Positions 21,360-31,770 of a stretch of 33,242 nt of DNA are shown one piece after another; position 1 is the first letter of the stretch, and every line of letters begins with the position of its first letter. The DNA comes from Octopus bimaculoides (Eukaryota). Below the pieces are notes generated by a model. It saw nothing but the letters and a program-made list of their open reading frames with translations, had not been told where the DNA came from and did not search any database. Both the position numbers and the translations under genes were made by a program. The DNA lies in contig NC_069000.1 in assembly GCF_001194135.2 (NCBI RefSeq), positions 27,416,492 through 27,449,733 of the forward strand, in the 5' to 3' direction.

Positions 21360-23330
21360 GACCTAAAGCTAAAGATTGACACTTGAACCCAGAGTGATAT
21401 CTTGCCTGTCAACCTCTACAAAAAATATTCCCAGAACACATGACACAAGGGGATAAGGTCAAAGAAGGAATCCTCTCACCAAGTGATGTAAACCTTATTG
21501 CAGATGGAGGTACCAGGATTCCACCACTGGACAAAACAATCATTACAGGGACACACAAAAGAAGAAAAATCAAGTGTTCTTTTTATATCACAAGAATAGA
21601 AGGACCCGCAATTCTCGGACTTAATACCTGTCAAAAGCTCAGCATTGTCAATCAAGAGTGAAGTGAAGGCAGCTCGGAGCAGAATTGACAGATATACCTA
21701 TCAAAGACAGACCACTAATTAGAAATAACGATGAACTGATGAGCATGTACCCAGAATGTTTTGATGATACAGTTGGGTGTTTTGAGAAGTATCGGTACCA
21801 TATAACAGTCGACCCCAACGTCAAGCCAGTTGTCCACCCACCTCGCCGTGTTCCACTAGAATTATGAGAGAAGCTAAAGGCAGAGTTAGGAGAAAAAAAT
21901 AATCACCAAAGTGACACGATTTCAATTGTAATTAAAGAAAAACCCAATGGTACCTTACGAATATACCTTGACCCCAGGGATCTGAACAAGACATTAAATC
22001 GAGATTACTATCCAATTCCAACCCTCGAAGAAATCTCACCGTCATTAGCTGGATCTAAGATATTCAGCAAACTGGATGCCAGTAATGGGTACTGTAATAT
22101 AAAGATAGACAAGGAATCATCCATGCTCACTGCCTTCAACACATCATTTGGCAGATACAGATTCAACCGACTCCCATTTGGATTGAAGGTGAGCCAAGAT
22201 GTCTTCCAGCGTCAAGTAGATGAGACCTACCAAAGCTGCAAGGGAGCAATCGAGATAGCGGATGATACCCAAGTGTATGGCAACGAGGAGATCACACATA
22301 ACTACAATCTACATGAAGCCATGGAGAAAACCCGATAAGCAGGTGTCAAATTCAATGCAGAGTTTGTGATCAACGCTTTGAGTGCAAATTCTTTGGAATG
22401 ATATACTCTGCAGAGGGAGTGAAACCAGGTACCCGCAAAAGTGGAAGCCACCATTCACATCAAAGCACCTAAAGATAAGAAGGAACTCAGAAACTTTCTG
22501 GGACTCATCCAGTGCATGGGAGCCTTCATACCCAAGCTGGCCGATCACACTGCAAACCTCCGAGAGCTAATGAAAGATGACGCAGAGTTTGATCGGTGTG
22601 CTTTACACACATAGGATTTCATCCCAAGAAGGCCATGGCAAGCTACTGGAGTAGATCCGTTCACAGAGAACCAAGAATGGTACTTGATTATAGTCTGCTA
22701 CTACTCTAAATTCCCATTTGGTAGATAAGTGAAAGACCTGAGAGCCAAAACAATAATTACAGTGGCTCAAGGACTTCTAGCAGAGCGAGGAATACCAGAG
22801 AAGATCATATGTGACGATGGAACCCAGTTCACATCTCAAGAATTCAAAAAGCTAGCCAATGAGTATGGGTTCAACATCATAATCTCATCTCCACACTACC
22901 CCAAAGGTCATGGATTCATAGAAAGGTGCAGACAGTCAAGAGAACACTAGTCAAATGCCAAGAAACTAAGGAAGACCCACACCTGGCACTTCTGTCTCTG
23001 CGAGCAACACCACTGAGGGCTGAAATGCTGAATGGTAGGACATACAAAACCACCCTGCCAACAAAGATCCAACCTCCTATTGTCCAGGAAGAGACGAGGG
23101 CAAAGCCAGCAGCCACTCAAGAGCAAGGACAAAAATATTATAACAAACATTCACAATACTTATCCAAGACACTTGGAGGACATGTGCATACTCAAGTTCC
23201 CATAACCAAAACATGGATCCCAGCACAGGTTGTCAGTAGAGTCGAAACTCCAAAATCATACATCATAAAAATTGAATCTGGTAGGCAGCTGAAACGAAAC
23301 AGGGCCCACATCCGCCCAACACCAAAATTG
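21360..23330 (+). pseudogene. Gypsy pol: protease, RT and integrase core; RNase H and integrase HHCC missing
   Basis: LKIDT* (protease), PVVHPPRRVP, LDPRDLNK, FSKLDASNGY, TAFNTSFGRYRFNRLPFGL, IADD, then IPRRPWQATGVDPF, ICDDGTQF, SSPHYPKGHGFIER, LALLSLRATP. Confidence 0.92.
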
Positions 23331-23749
23331 TCAAAGATGATGTGCACAACACCTGCAGCATCAGTGGCAACACCAATAAGAACGACAACACCACAGCAGA
23401 TGACGGTACACACAGAATGCGTGCTTCCATAGAGTCAACACCTCAACGGGCACTAACCACCCATCAGCAGCCCAGCAACACATCGACATCACGCACATCT
23501 CAGACATCAGTACAGAGTACAAGATCCACAAGATGGAGACCCAATATCTTACCACCGATTCGATACCATTAAAGAAAAAAAGTAAATGATAACTAGTTCC
23601 GCTTAGATTAAGAAGCAGAGAACCACGTGTATGGGCAGAATAATCTCATAGTTTCTGCTGCAGGATTGCCACCTTCGCTCTGACAATCCACTGGTGTAAG
23701 GAAGATTACTTCTAGTTTTTCATTGCCAAAAGATCTTTTTTTTTTTTTT

Positions 23750-23760
23750 AGAAGAACGGA
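23750..23760 (+). promoter_or_regulatory. polypurine tract
   Basis: AGAAGAACGGA after a poly-T run, directly before the TG of the 3' LTR. Confidence 0.75.
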
Positions 23761-24000
23761 TGTTATATGTTCATGTCTATGTGTATGTGTATGTATACAT
23801 ATATATGAATACATCCCCATTATTAGTACTATTTTGTTAAGTGCATCTAGTAGACAGTGTGAACTGTGAATAAAGCGAATACGCACTGTGTGTATCACTC
23901 CGCTGTACATATACAGTTGTAAACATGCCACGTAGAATTTATAATAACGCCTTCAATGAATTGTTTTATTGTTCCAACACAAGCCAAAGAATACATAACA
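23761..24000 (+). repeat. 3' LTR of the Mag-like Gypsy element
   Basis: TGTTATATG...ACATAACA with TG..CA termini. Confidence 0.93.
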
Positions 24001-24037
24001 TATATATAAAATACACACACACACACACACATACACA

Positions 24038-24130
24038 CAGGGCCGGCCTTAAGCCAATTAGACCGATTGCTCCCAATCGGGCCCCTCGCCGAAGGAGGCC
24101 CTGCGCTCAAGAGGGCTACATTCTGTACTG
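24038..24130 (+). mobile_element. possible terminus of a hAT-type non-autonomous element
   Basis: An abrupt GC-rich start CAGGGCCGGCCTTAAGCC resembles recalled hAT TIR starts. No partner TIR seen. Confidence 0.3.
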
Positions 24131-24418
24131 CGACATTTCATAAAGGTGGTCTCCCTGAAGTCTTAAAAAAAATCTACATGGTCTTTAAAAAAAAAACATA
24201 CTTTCTACACTTTAGCGACACAAGATATCAAAAGATAAACCCATTCATCCAAGACTCCTTGGGTTGGGGTCAATAAGTATGTTTGTATGTGAATGTTTGG
24301 AAGTGTTTATGGGTATGTTTGGGTAAAACGTTTTGTGTTACAGATCTATATTTAAGAGATGAGGAATTATGTACATTATTTATATTTGACGGATATTGTC
24401 TTCATCTTGTTTGTTGTT

Positions 24419-24464
24419 AACACAACGTTTCGGCTGATATACTCTCCAGCTTTCATCAGGTGTC
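24419..24464 (-). ncRNA. minimal type I hammerhead ribozyme
   Basis: Minus strand: GACAC-CTGATGA-AAGCTGGAGAGTATATCAGCC-GAAA-CG-TT-GTGTT. Stem I GACAC/GTGTT, stem II GCTG/CAGC, palindromic ACGU helix III, GUU triplet. Confidence 0.82.
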
Positions 24465-24531
24465 TTGGGGAAATTTCGAACCTGGGTTCTCATTCCTAAG
24501 GTATTTTTCGATGTTATTATTATTATTGTTC

Positions 24532-24605
24532 AAGTCACTGCTTGGAATCAAACTTGGAATCTTGGGGTTAGTAGCCCGCGCTCTTAACCACTACGCCATA
24601 TGCCC
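24532..24605 (-). promoter_or_regulatory. tRNA-derived segment with Pol III A and B boxes (not a functional tRNA)
   Basis: GGGCATA-TGGCGTAGTGG (A box, 24588-24598)-TTAAGAGCGCGGGCTACTAACCCCAAGATTCCA-AGTTTGATTCC (degenerate B box, 24544-24554). Cloverleaf stems pair poorly. Confidence 0.78.
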
Positions 24606-24634
24606 GTGGACAATTATGGAGTGAATTTTAGGGC

Positions 24635-25545
24635 TTATAAATCTAATATTTTTCTATCCTTCCTTAATACCGGTTTCCATATACTGCTCATATCTGCACT
24701 CGGTCTGCTTAAGAAGTTGTTGTGTCCTAACATATGTGCTGCTTCTTTTGGTTTTCGTTTTTCCAGTGGTGTTCTCTGTCTATTATTTTAACTTCATCCC
24801 ACAGGGGGAGGTGGTTTCCATTTTTCCATACATGATCAGCTATACCCGATTTATCAATATCTCCTCGTGTCAAAGCTTTTCTCTACCCTTATTTTGAGGG
24901 GGCGACATGTTTCGCCTTTGTATAACCTACCGCAGCTGTATGGGATGGAGTACACGCAGTCTTTGGTCATATTCTCTTCTATTGGCGGTTTTACTTGAAG
25001 TGTTGTATTACTCTTGAATACTGTCCTGATGTCATATGAGCTGCATATCTTTTGTATCTTTTCGGAGAGGCCTTTCACTTAGAGTAGACAGACTGTGGAC
25101 AATTTATTGGCCTCTCTCTTCTTCATAATTGGAGTGGATAGCATACTTTTGGGGAAGTTGTTGCTTTACAGATCGTTATTGAGCTTGATCATTTCTTCGT
25201 GTTGTGTATCACGATCGCTACTTATATTTTTTGCACGATGTTTTAGGCACTGAGCAATCTCTCTCTTTATACTGTATGGATGGTGGGAATTGAAGTTGAG
25301 GTATCATCCAGTAAAGGTCGGCTTGCAATATACAGATGTCCTAAATCCATACTTGGTCCGTGTTATTAATACGTCCGTGAATGCAAACTGATTGTCTTTT
25401 TCGTTTTCCATTGTGAACTGTATGGATGGCTTTATTGAGTTCACATGATCTAACAGCACTCGGACATCTTCCTGGTGGGGCCAGAGTATAAAGGTGTCAT
25501 TAACATATCGTAGCCATAGTGGTGTTGAACCTAAAGCCAAATTCT
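24635..25545 (-). pseudogene. PLE RT C-terminus plus GIY-YIG endonuclease, frameshifted
   Basis: LWLRYVNDTFILW (YVDD degenerate)..NSIKPSIQFTME..FTDVLI..YCKPTFT..NFNSHHP..CVYSIPYSCGRLYKGET.RPLK..SGIADHVW..WDEVKII..KEAAHM. Stop at 24635-24637. Confidence 0.92.
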
Positions 25546-25939
25546 CAGCCTTCATCAGGGCATATCAGCCGAAACGTTGTGTTAACAACAAACAAAATGA
25601 TGACAAATATCCATCAAATGTAAATAATGTATGTAATGAAAATATTTGTGTGTCTGAGAGAGTATATACGTGGGTGAATTGTATGTATATGTGTGTGCGT
25701 ATGTTTTGTGTTTCTATAGATATGTTTAATTGTGGGGAAACATTTTTATTCCAATACAGTGTATTTTATATATATACTAGCTGGACCCGTGAAAAATTCA
25801 CGGAAAACATTAAAAATGTATTCTGTTGTGTCTGGGGAGAGTCGTTCTCTTTTGGTGCCTTATAATTTAATACACTCAAAGCAAATCCCAACACGAAATA
25901 AAAAATGTAAGCATCTGTAAACAGTGTCCTGGTGCTATG

Positions 25940-26104
25940 AGAAATGTTTGTATATTATGAGTGTCTGTCTTTACATTCCGAGTTCAAATTCTGCCAAGGT
26001 CGACTTTGCCTTTCGTCCTTTTGGGGGTTGATAAATTGAGTACTAGTTGTGTACTGGGGTCGATCTAATCAACTGGTCCCCCTCCCCACAAAAATTTCAA
26101 GCCT
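25940..26104 (+). mobile_element. SINE family B, 5'-degraded copy
   Basis: GTCTTTACATTCCGAGTTCAAATTCTGCCAAGGTCGACTTTGCCTTTC..GATAAATT..TACTGGGGTCGAT. Confidence 0.82.
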
Positions 26105-26278
26105 AGAAAAGTATATTGTGACAGTTTCAGAATATAGAAAGTAATGTAACACCCATGACTATATAATCCAACCAAAATATGTTACACAAACGTAAACGTA
26201 ATTACTATTTAACCTTAAAAGACATCGTACATACTCAAAGAACCTTCTTGGTTTAGTGGTACAGAACGTTTTTCTGGT

Positions 26279-26472
26279 ATTCTTTTATTCTTTGACTTGT
26301 TTCAGTCATTTGACGGTGGCCATGCTGGAGCACCACCCTTAGTCGAAGAAATTGACACCTGCACTTATTCCCTGTAAGCCTGGTGCTTATTCTATCATTC
26401 TCTTCTGCTGAACAGCTACTTTCAGGGACGCAAACGCACCAACATCGGTTGTCAAACAATGGTGGTGGTGGA
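26279..26472 (-). mobile_element. SINE family A, 3' module followed by (TACA)n
   Basis: CTTGTTTCAGTCATTTGACGGTGGCCATGCTGGAGCACC..TATTCTATC..CACCAACATCGGTTGTCAA. Confidence 0.85.
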
Positions 26473-27613
26473 ACACACAAACACACATACATACATACAT
26501 ACATACATACTTACATACATATGACGGTCTTGGAGGTAGTGGTGATGCTGGCTGGTGCGATTTTGTGGTTTGCTGGTATGCCGAGATCTAGCGAGCCCCT
26601 AACTGGTTCCCCGATCTTAAAGGTGTAATGTGGATGTGTAATGATGACACATCAACAAATGAGCCAGAAATTCTAACGTTAAAAATATAGAAAGAAAAAG
26701 ACAACGTTGTATTCCGAAGCCAAAGGATGTTTTTTAGCTGAGGTGTAATTTTATAATGAAAACAAATTCAAAATGTATGGCTGCAGATGAAATGGGTTAA
26801 AACAAATGTGTGCGTGTGCGTGGTTGGGCCTTTAATGGCAGTTTAAGGTCAGTCGCAGAAAGGAATTCAAAACGGCAACACGCACAATCATATAATACAA
26901 ACATACACATACATGCACACACATATACAAACACATACCTAGAGAGAGAGGCGGACAGACAAACAGTGTCAGATAGTCCACAACNNNNNNNNNNNNNNNN
27001 NNNNNNNNNNNNNNNNNNNNNNNNNNNNNNNNNNNNNNNNNNNNNNNNNNNNNNNNNNNNNNNNNNNNNNNNNNNNNNNNNNNNNNNNNNNNNNNNNNNN
27101 NNNNNNNNNNNNNNNNNNNNNNNNNNNNNNNNNNNNNNNNNNNNNNNNNNNNNNNNNNNNNNNNNNNNNNNNNNNNNNNNNNNNNNNNNNNNNNNNNNNN
27201 NNNNNNNNNNNNNNNNNNNNNNNNNNNNNNNNNNNNNNNNNNNNNNNNNNNNNNNNNNNNNNNNNNNNNNNNNNNNNNNNNNNNNNNNNNNNNNNNNNNN
27301 NNNNNNNNNNNNNNNNNNNNNNNNNNNNNNNNNNNNNNNNNNNNNNNNNNNNNNNNNNNNNNNNNNNNNNNNNNNNNNNNNNNNNNNNNNNNNNNNNNNN
27401 NNNNNNNNNNNNNNNNNNNNNNNNNNNNNNNNNNNNNNNNNNNNNNNNNNNNNNNNNNNNNNNNNNNNNNNNNNNNNNNNNNNNNNNNNNNNNNNNNNNN
27501 NNNNNNNNNNNNNNNNNNNNNNNNNNNNNNNNNNNNNNNNNNNNNNNNNNNNNNNNNNNNNNNNNNNNNNNNNNNNNNNNNNNNNNNNNNNNNNNNNNNN
27601 NNNNNNNNNNNNN

Positions 27614-27972
27614 ATGCGTAGTAAAACTCGTACTTAAACAGTGGTTTCACTTTGTTTGGCGAGTTGAGCGCAGACCTTCTACATGACAATACCTCGCTCC
27701 TCCACGAAGCTCTTTTCACCATGATGCTATCGATGTGATAGCTACTTGCTTCTCTGGCAGGCATCAAGGAAGACCTTAACCTTCCATTACCAAACTACAA
27801 TTTAATCAGCGGCGGCAAAGCAGAATGACAGGAATTGAGAAACCAAGCATCATCATAAATAAAAACCTTTTTATTATATTGTTAATTGTTCTAATGTCTC
27901 TTCAATTTATAATGCTTTTGAAAGGTGATAGAGAGAGACAAAAGTCACTATCACTATTATCAAACTTTTACA
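27614..27972 (+). repeat. 5' LTR (visible part)
   Basis: Ends ..AAACTTTTACA and is colinear with the 3' LTR. Confidence 0.93.
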
Positions 27973-27973
27973 C

Positions 27974-27991
27974 TGGTGACCCCGACGTGAT
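27974..27991 (+). promoter_or_regulatory. primer binding site, tRNA-Trp
   Basis: TGGTGACCCCGACGTGAT is the 18-nt complement of the recalled tRNA-Trp 3' end ATCACGTCGGGGTCACCA. Confidence 0.9.
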
Positions 27992-28055
27992 ACAAACGAG
28001 AATCATCTTCACCATTTATCGCAACATTTTCAGCGACTCCGCGCATATATTGTGC

Positions 28056-28760
28056 GCACTGTCTTCTAAAACAGACAAACTCTCTCCTCGTGCTTTACGT
28101 CATCTGGACTATATTTTACAGTCATTTGCCAGGGAAGCAGAACATCCCTGCTGATGCTCTCACGAGACTCCCTGTAAGTTCTATTTCCTCTCCTGCAACA
28201 ATTGATTTACTTGCTATTTCGCAGGACCAACCCCTTTTGTCGACGTTAGATTTAACTTCGCCAAAATTCAGCAATTGGAAATTTGCCTATTTTCCACTCC
28301 CTTCATCGAAGGCATCGTATACGCACCACCAGCTACCATTCTGTTTCAAATGGGATGGTGAAGCGTTTTCATAGGCAACTAAAGGCCGCATTGCGCGCCT
28401 CGCCCAATCCGCAGTCATGGACTGTATTTCTGCCTGTTGTCCTACTTGGATGCAGGACTGTAGTTAAAGCAGACCTTGGTTTTTCTGCAGCAGAATTATT
28501 GTATGGTACCACACTGGCATTGCCTGGTATGATGTTGGTACCAGACAAATTACAGCCTCCAAATCCAGTGTCGTATGTCACTCGATTACGAGATTATTTT
28601 TCTAACCTTCCTACCATGAGTCCCCGGCAACGCATACACCTTTATCATCACCATCACCAACACATACACCTGTGAAAACTCCACCTTCATCGTTGAGAAC
28701 TACCACAAGTGAACCCTATGTCACTAGGTCTAGCCGTACAGTGCACTGGCCGAAGAAACT
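28056..28760 (+). pseudogene. pol remnant: RNase H C-terminus fused to the integrase C-terminal half
   Basis: SPRALRHLDYILQ, HLPGKQNIPADALTRL, then TTSYHSVSNGMVKRFHRQLKAAL..W..FLPVVLLG.R..KADLGFSAAELLYG..LALPG, with tail TRSSRTVHWPKKL. Confidence 0.88.
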
Positions 28761-29241
28761 CTCCAAGACAATTTATATTTGACTGCATTGTATATTATTG
28801 CATTTTTCAGCATTCCTTTTGTAAAAAAAGGCTCAAACTGTGTTTTTCCCTATTAGTGCTGAACACTCAAACATTTCTTGCGCCACTGCATCAATCACAA
28901 GTAATAAAGGAACTGCAGNNNNNNNNNNNNNNNNNNNNNNNNNNNNNNNNNNNNNNNNNNNNNNNNNNNNNNNNNNNNNNNNNNNNNNNNNNNNNNNNNN
29001 NNNNNNNNNNNNNNNNNNNNNNNNNNNNNNNNNNNNNNNNNNNNNNNNNNNNNNNNNNNNNNNNNNNNNNNNNNNNNNNNNNNNNNNNNNNNNNNNNNNN
29101 NNNNNNNNNNNNNNNNNNNNNNNNNNNNNNNNNNNNNNNNNNNNNNNNNNNNNNNNNNNNNNNNNNNNNNNNNNNNNNNNNNNNNNNNNNNNNNNNNNNN
29201 NNNNNNNNNNNNNNNNNNNNNNNNNNNNNNNNNNNAGCTAT

Positions 29242-29691
29242 TGTAGTGGCGCAAAATTATAGCCGCCATTGAGGAAGTACTATTTTGCGCATGCGCAGGG
29301 GACTTCACCACCGGAAGCCCCTCGAGTTGCGCATGCGTAGTAAAACTCGTACTTAAACAGTGGTTTCACTTTGTTTGGCGAGTTGAGCTCAGACCTTCTA
29401 CATGACAACACATCGCTCCTCCACGAAGCACTTTTCACCATGATGCTATCGATGTGATAGCTACTTGCTTCTCTGGCAGGCATCAAGGAAGACCTTAACC
29501 TTCCATTGCCAAACTACAGTTTAATCAGCGGCGGCCAAGCAGAATGACAGGAACCGAGAAACCAAGCATCATCATAAATAAAAACCTTTTTATTATATTG
29601 CTAATTGTTCTAATGTCTCTTCAATTTATAATGCTTTTGAAAGGTAATAGAGAGAGACAAAAGTCACTATCACTATTATCAAACTTTTACA
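29242..29691 (+). repeat. 3' LTR (450 bp)
   Basis: TGTAGTGG...TTTTACA with TG..CA termini. The PPT is presumably in the preceding gap. Confidence 0.9.
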
Positions 29692-30313
29692 AATTAATTC
29701 TGCATTTATTTATATCTAGGTATGCCTAGAATAAGGATGCACTTTTACCGATTCGACTACTCATATGAGACGTCTCTTTGTATTAAAAAAAAGCAGACTT
29801 GGTTATCGACCGAATATTTTTGTCGCACAGTCATTGAGATGGTTTTCATACGTGCTAAAAATAGCAGCCAAATAGGCCTAGGCCTTAAATCACGCCCCAC
29901 CACAATTTTTTCCCCCACATGACGTCCTGCATGTAGAATACAAATTCGCAAAAATTTTCTGAAAACTCCGGAAAATAAAAAAATTATGAGGGGTTATATG
30001 TCGTACCTAATTCTACAGTTTCATATCAAAACACAAGTGCTATTTTCAGGATGTTGACACAATGTGCAGTCACGCACAAAATGACAGCTTTGAAATCGTG
30101 TTTCTTGACTGGGTGAAAATGATCAAACTTTAAACTTCTACAACTTTTTAAAAACATATTTCTTGAAATGCTGGCAGCCAAACGAATTAGATCCGTATTT
30201 GCTCCAGTAAAGACATGTCATCTGACTCTACTCTATCAACTTCTCTTTGAAAATACTATACTGCTGTTCTGACGCCATCCATAGAAATTCATTTTCACAT
30301 TTTCACTTTACTG

Positions 30314-31770
30314 ATGCCTCCAGTCAAAGAAATTTATCGGCAGTACAGTAGTGATTATTTATCATTTGGATTTATTCCCTCTCCACAGAACTGTCAGTTA
30401 CCAATGTGCCTTCTTTGCCATCAAACATTACCAGGGAAGCAATGAAACCTTCACACTTGAAGTGTCACTTTGATGCAAAGCATTCTGGGTAGAAGGACAA
30501 GCCATTGTCATACTTTTTGCAACTGAATGCCTCTTTCAAAAAGCAAATACAAACATTCAGCACGCTAATCCAGGAAACTAGTAAGTAGGAGAATGATGGG
30601 TTGATTGCATTGTACAACATTGCATGGCTTGTTGCTATGTCTGGGAAATCTCACACAATTGGAGAAACATTATTTCGCCCGGTTATCGAAGAGGTTTGGT
30701 CAACTGTTATGCACAAAAAACCCGATAATATTATGAAGAAGATCCCACTTGGTAATAACACGATTTCTCGATGCATCAATGAAATGGCCAACGATGTCAA
30801 ATATCAGCTCATTGATATTTTCCAGCGTTCTGAATTTTCTATACAAGTGGATGAGTCAAATGTTTTGAACAATCAATGTTTGATGATGGTATATATTCGG
30901 TATTTCAGCGAAGACCTTTCAGCCTTGTGAGGAAATGCTGTTCACAGAGAAATTTCTGCTTGATTCAAAAGGTGTAGCTATTTTTCACACTCTCAAGTCT
31001 TTCCTTTTTGAACATAATATCCCACTCAGTAATATTCTTGTCTGTGCGTCTGTTGGAGCCCCTTCGATGATAGGAAGATAGAGAAGTTTTTCGTCTCTCC
31101 TAAAATGTGAAATTTCACACCAAATACTAACTGTTCATTGCTTAGCACACCGGCAGCATTTACTGGCAAAAAATATGAACGGTAGATCGAATGATGCGCT
31201 ACAGTCAGTCATCAAGGCTGTGAACAAATTGAAGTCCAGTCTGATCGAATTTTCTGTCAACTCTGTCTGAGAAATGATGAAGACTATACAAAACTCTTAT
31301 ACCATACCGAAGTGCAGTGGCTGCTAAAAGAAAACTGTTGTACACTTTGTTGGACTGTTTCATATAATCATATCTTTCTTTGAAGGTACTCCACTATCCG
31401 CTTCATTGATGGCTGCATTAACGGATGCTTTCCTTTGTGATATATTCACAAAATTAAATGATTTGAATAAGTTATTGCAAGGAAACGGAAAAACTCACGT
31501 TGACTGTAAACCATTTATCACTACCTTCATTTCGAAATTGGTGCTGTATAAGACTAACATTTCAAAATGTCAATTTCATCAATTTCCACACCTCGATTCT
31601 TTGAAAGATGAATTGGTTGATGAGGATTTAACTATATATCACAACTATTTACAATCATTGCATGATAATATAATGGAGCAATTTCAAGAGGTTATTGCAC
31701 TGAATATTCCAAACTGCTATAGTAATCCGTTTAAGGTCGATGCAGTCGACTGCGTCAGGGTTTTTCATAT
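30314..31770 (+). pseudogene. hAT (Buster/Charlie, ZBED5/ZBED8-like) transposase pseudogene, C-terminus missing
   Basis: RQYSSDYLSFGF..CLLC..EAMKPSHLKCHFDAKH (BED finger), KSHTIGE, IPLGNNTISR, FSIQVDES (D1), ASVGAPSMIG (D2 changed to V), HCLAHRQHL, YHTEVQWL, LCDIFTKLNDLNKLLQG. Multiple stops and frameshifts. Confidence 0.92.

Larger units (their letters stand above)
20057..24000 (+). mobile_element. Ty3/Gypsy LTR retrotransposon (Mag-like), both LTRs present, internally deleted, TATAT TSD
   Basis: Direct repeats at 20057-20303 and 23761-24000, PBS, PPT, and broken gag-PR-RT-IN. TATAT at 20052-20056 and 24001-24005. Confidence 0.95.
24339..25631 (-). mobile_element. 5'-truncated Penelope-like element (Penelope/Poseidon-type YVDD RT) with a tRNA plus hammerhead 3' region and an inverted 5' terminal fragment
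   Basis: RT-GIY-YIG remnant at 24635-25545, tRNA-like head at 24532-24605, hammerhead at 24419-24464, and an inverted copy of about 24370-24440 at 25562-25631. Confidence 0.92.
27614..29691 (+). mobile_element. short Ty3/Gypsy (CsRn1-like) LTR element lacking gag, PR and RT
   Basis: 359 bp at 27614-27972 and 29333-29691 differ by 11 substitutions and no indels. Has a tRNA-Trp PBS and RNase H/integrase remnants. The true 5' start lies in the gap. Confidence 0.92.

Noticed and set aside
24532-24605. Functional tRNA gene
   Set aside because: The acceptor, anticodon and T stems pair poorly, so it is treated as a tRNA-derived promoter segment.
26520-26640. GC-richer stretch as a small exon
   Set aside because: Open only briefly, with no donor site or recognisable peptide.
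27825-27972. Hydrophobic peptide MTGIEKPSIIINKNLFIILLIVL.. repeated at 29544 as a membrane or env-like protein
   Set aside because: It lies inside both LTRs and its hydrophobicity follows from T-rich sequence. The duplication is just the LTR.
591-29311. Long ORFs containing X runs (e.g. 591-1931, 965-2446, 9188-10048, 12211-12993, 26810-27637, 28709-29272)
   Set aside because: They are open only because they cross N gaps. Apart from the mariner part of 591-1024, the flanks translate to microsatellite or random peptides.
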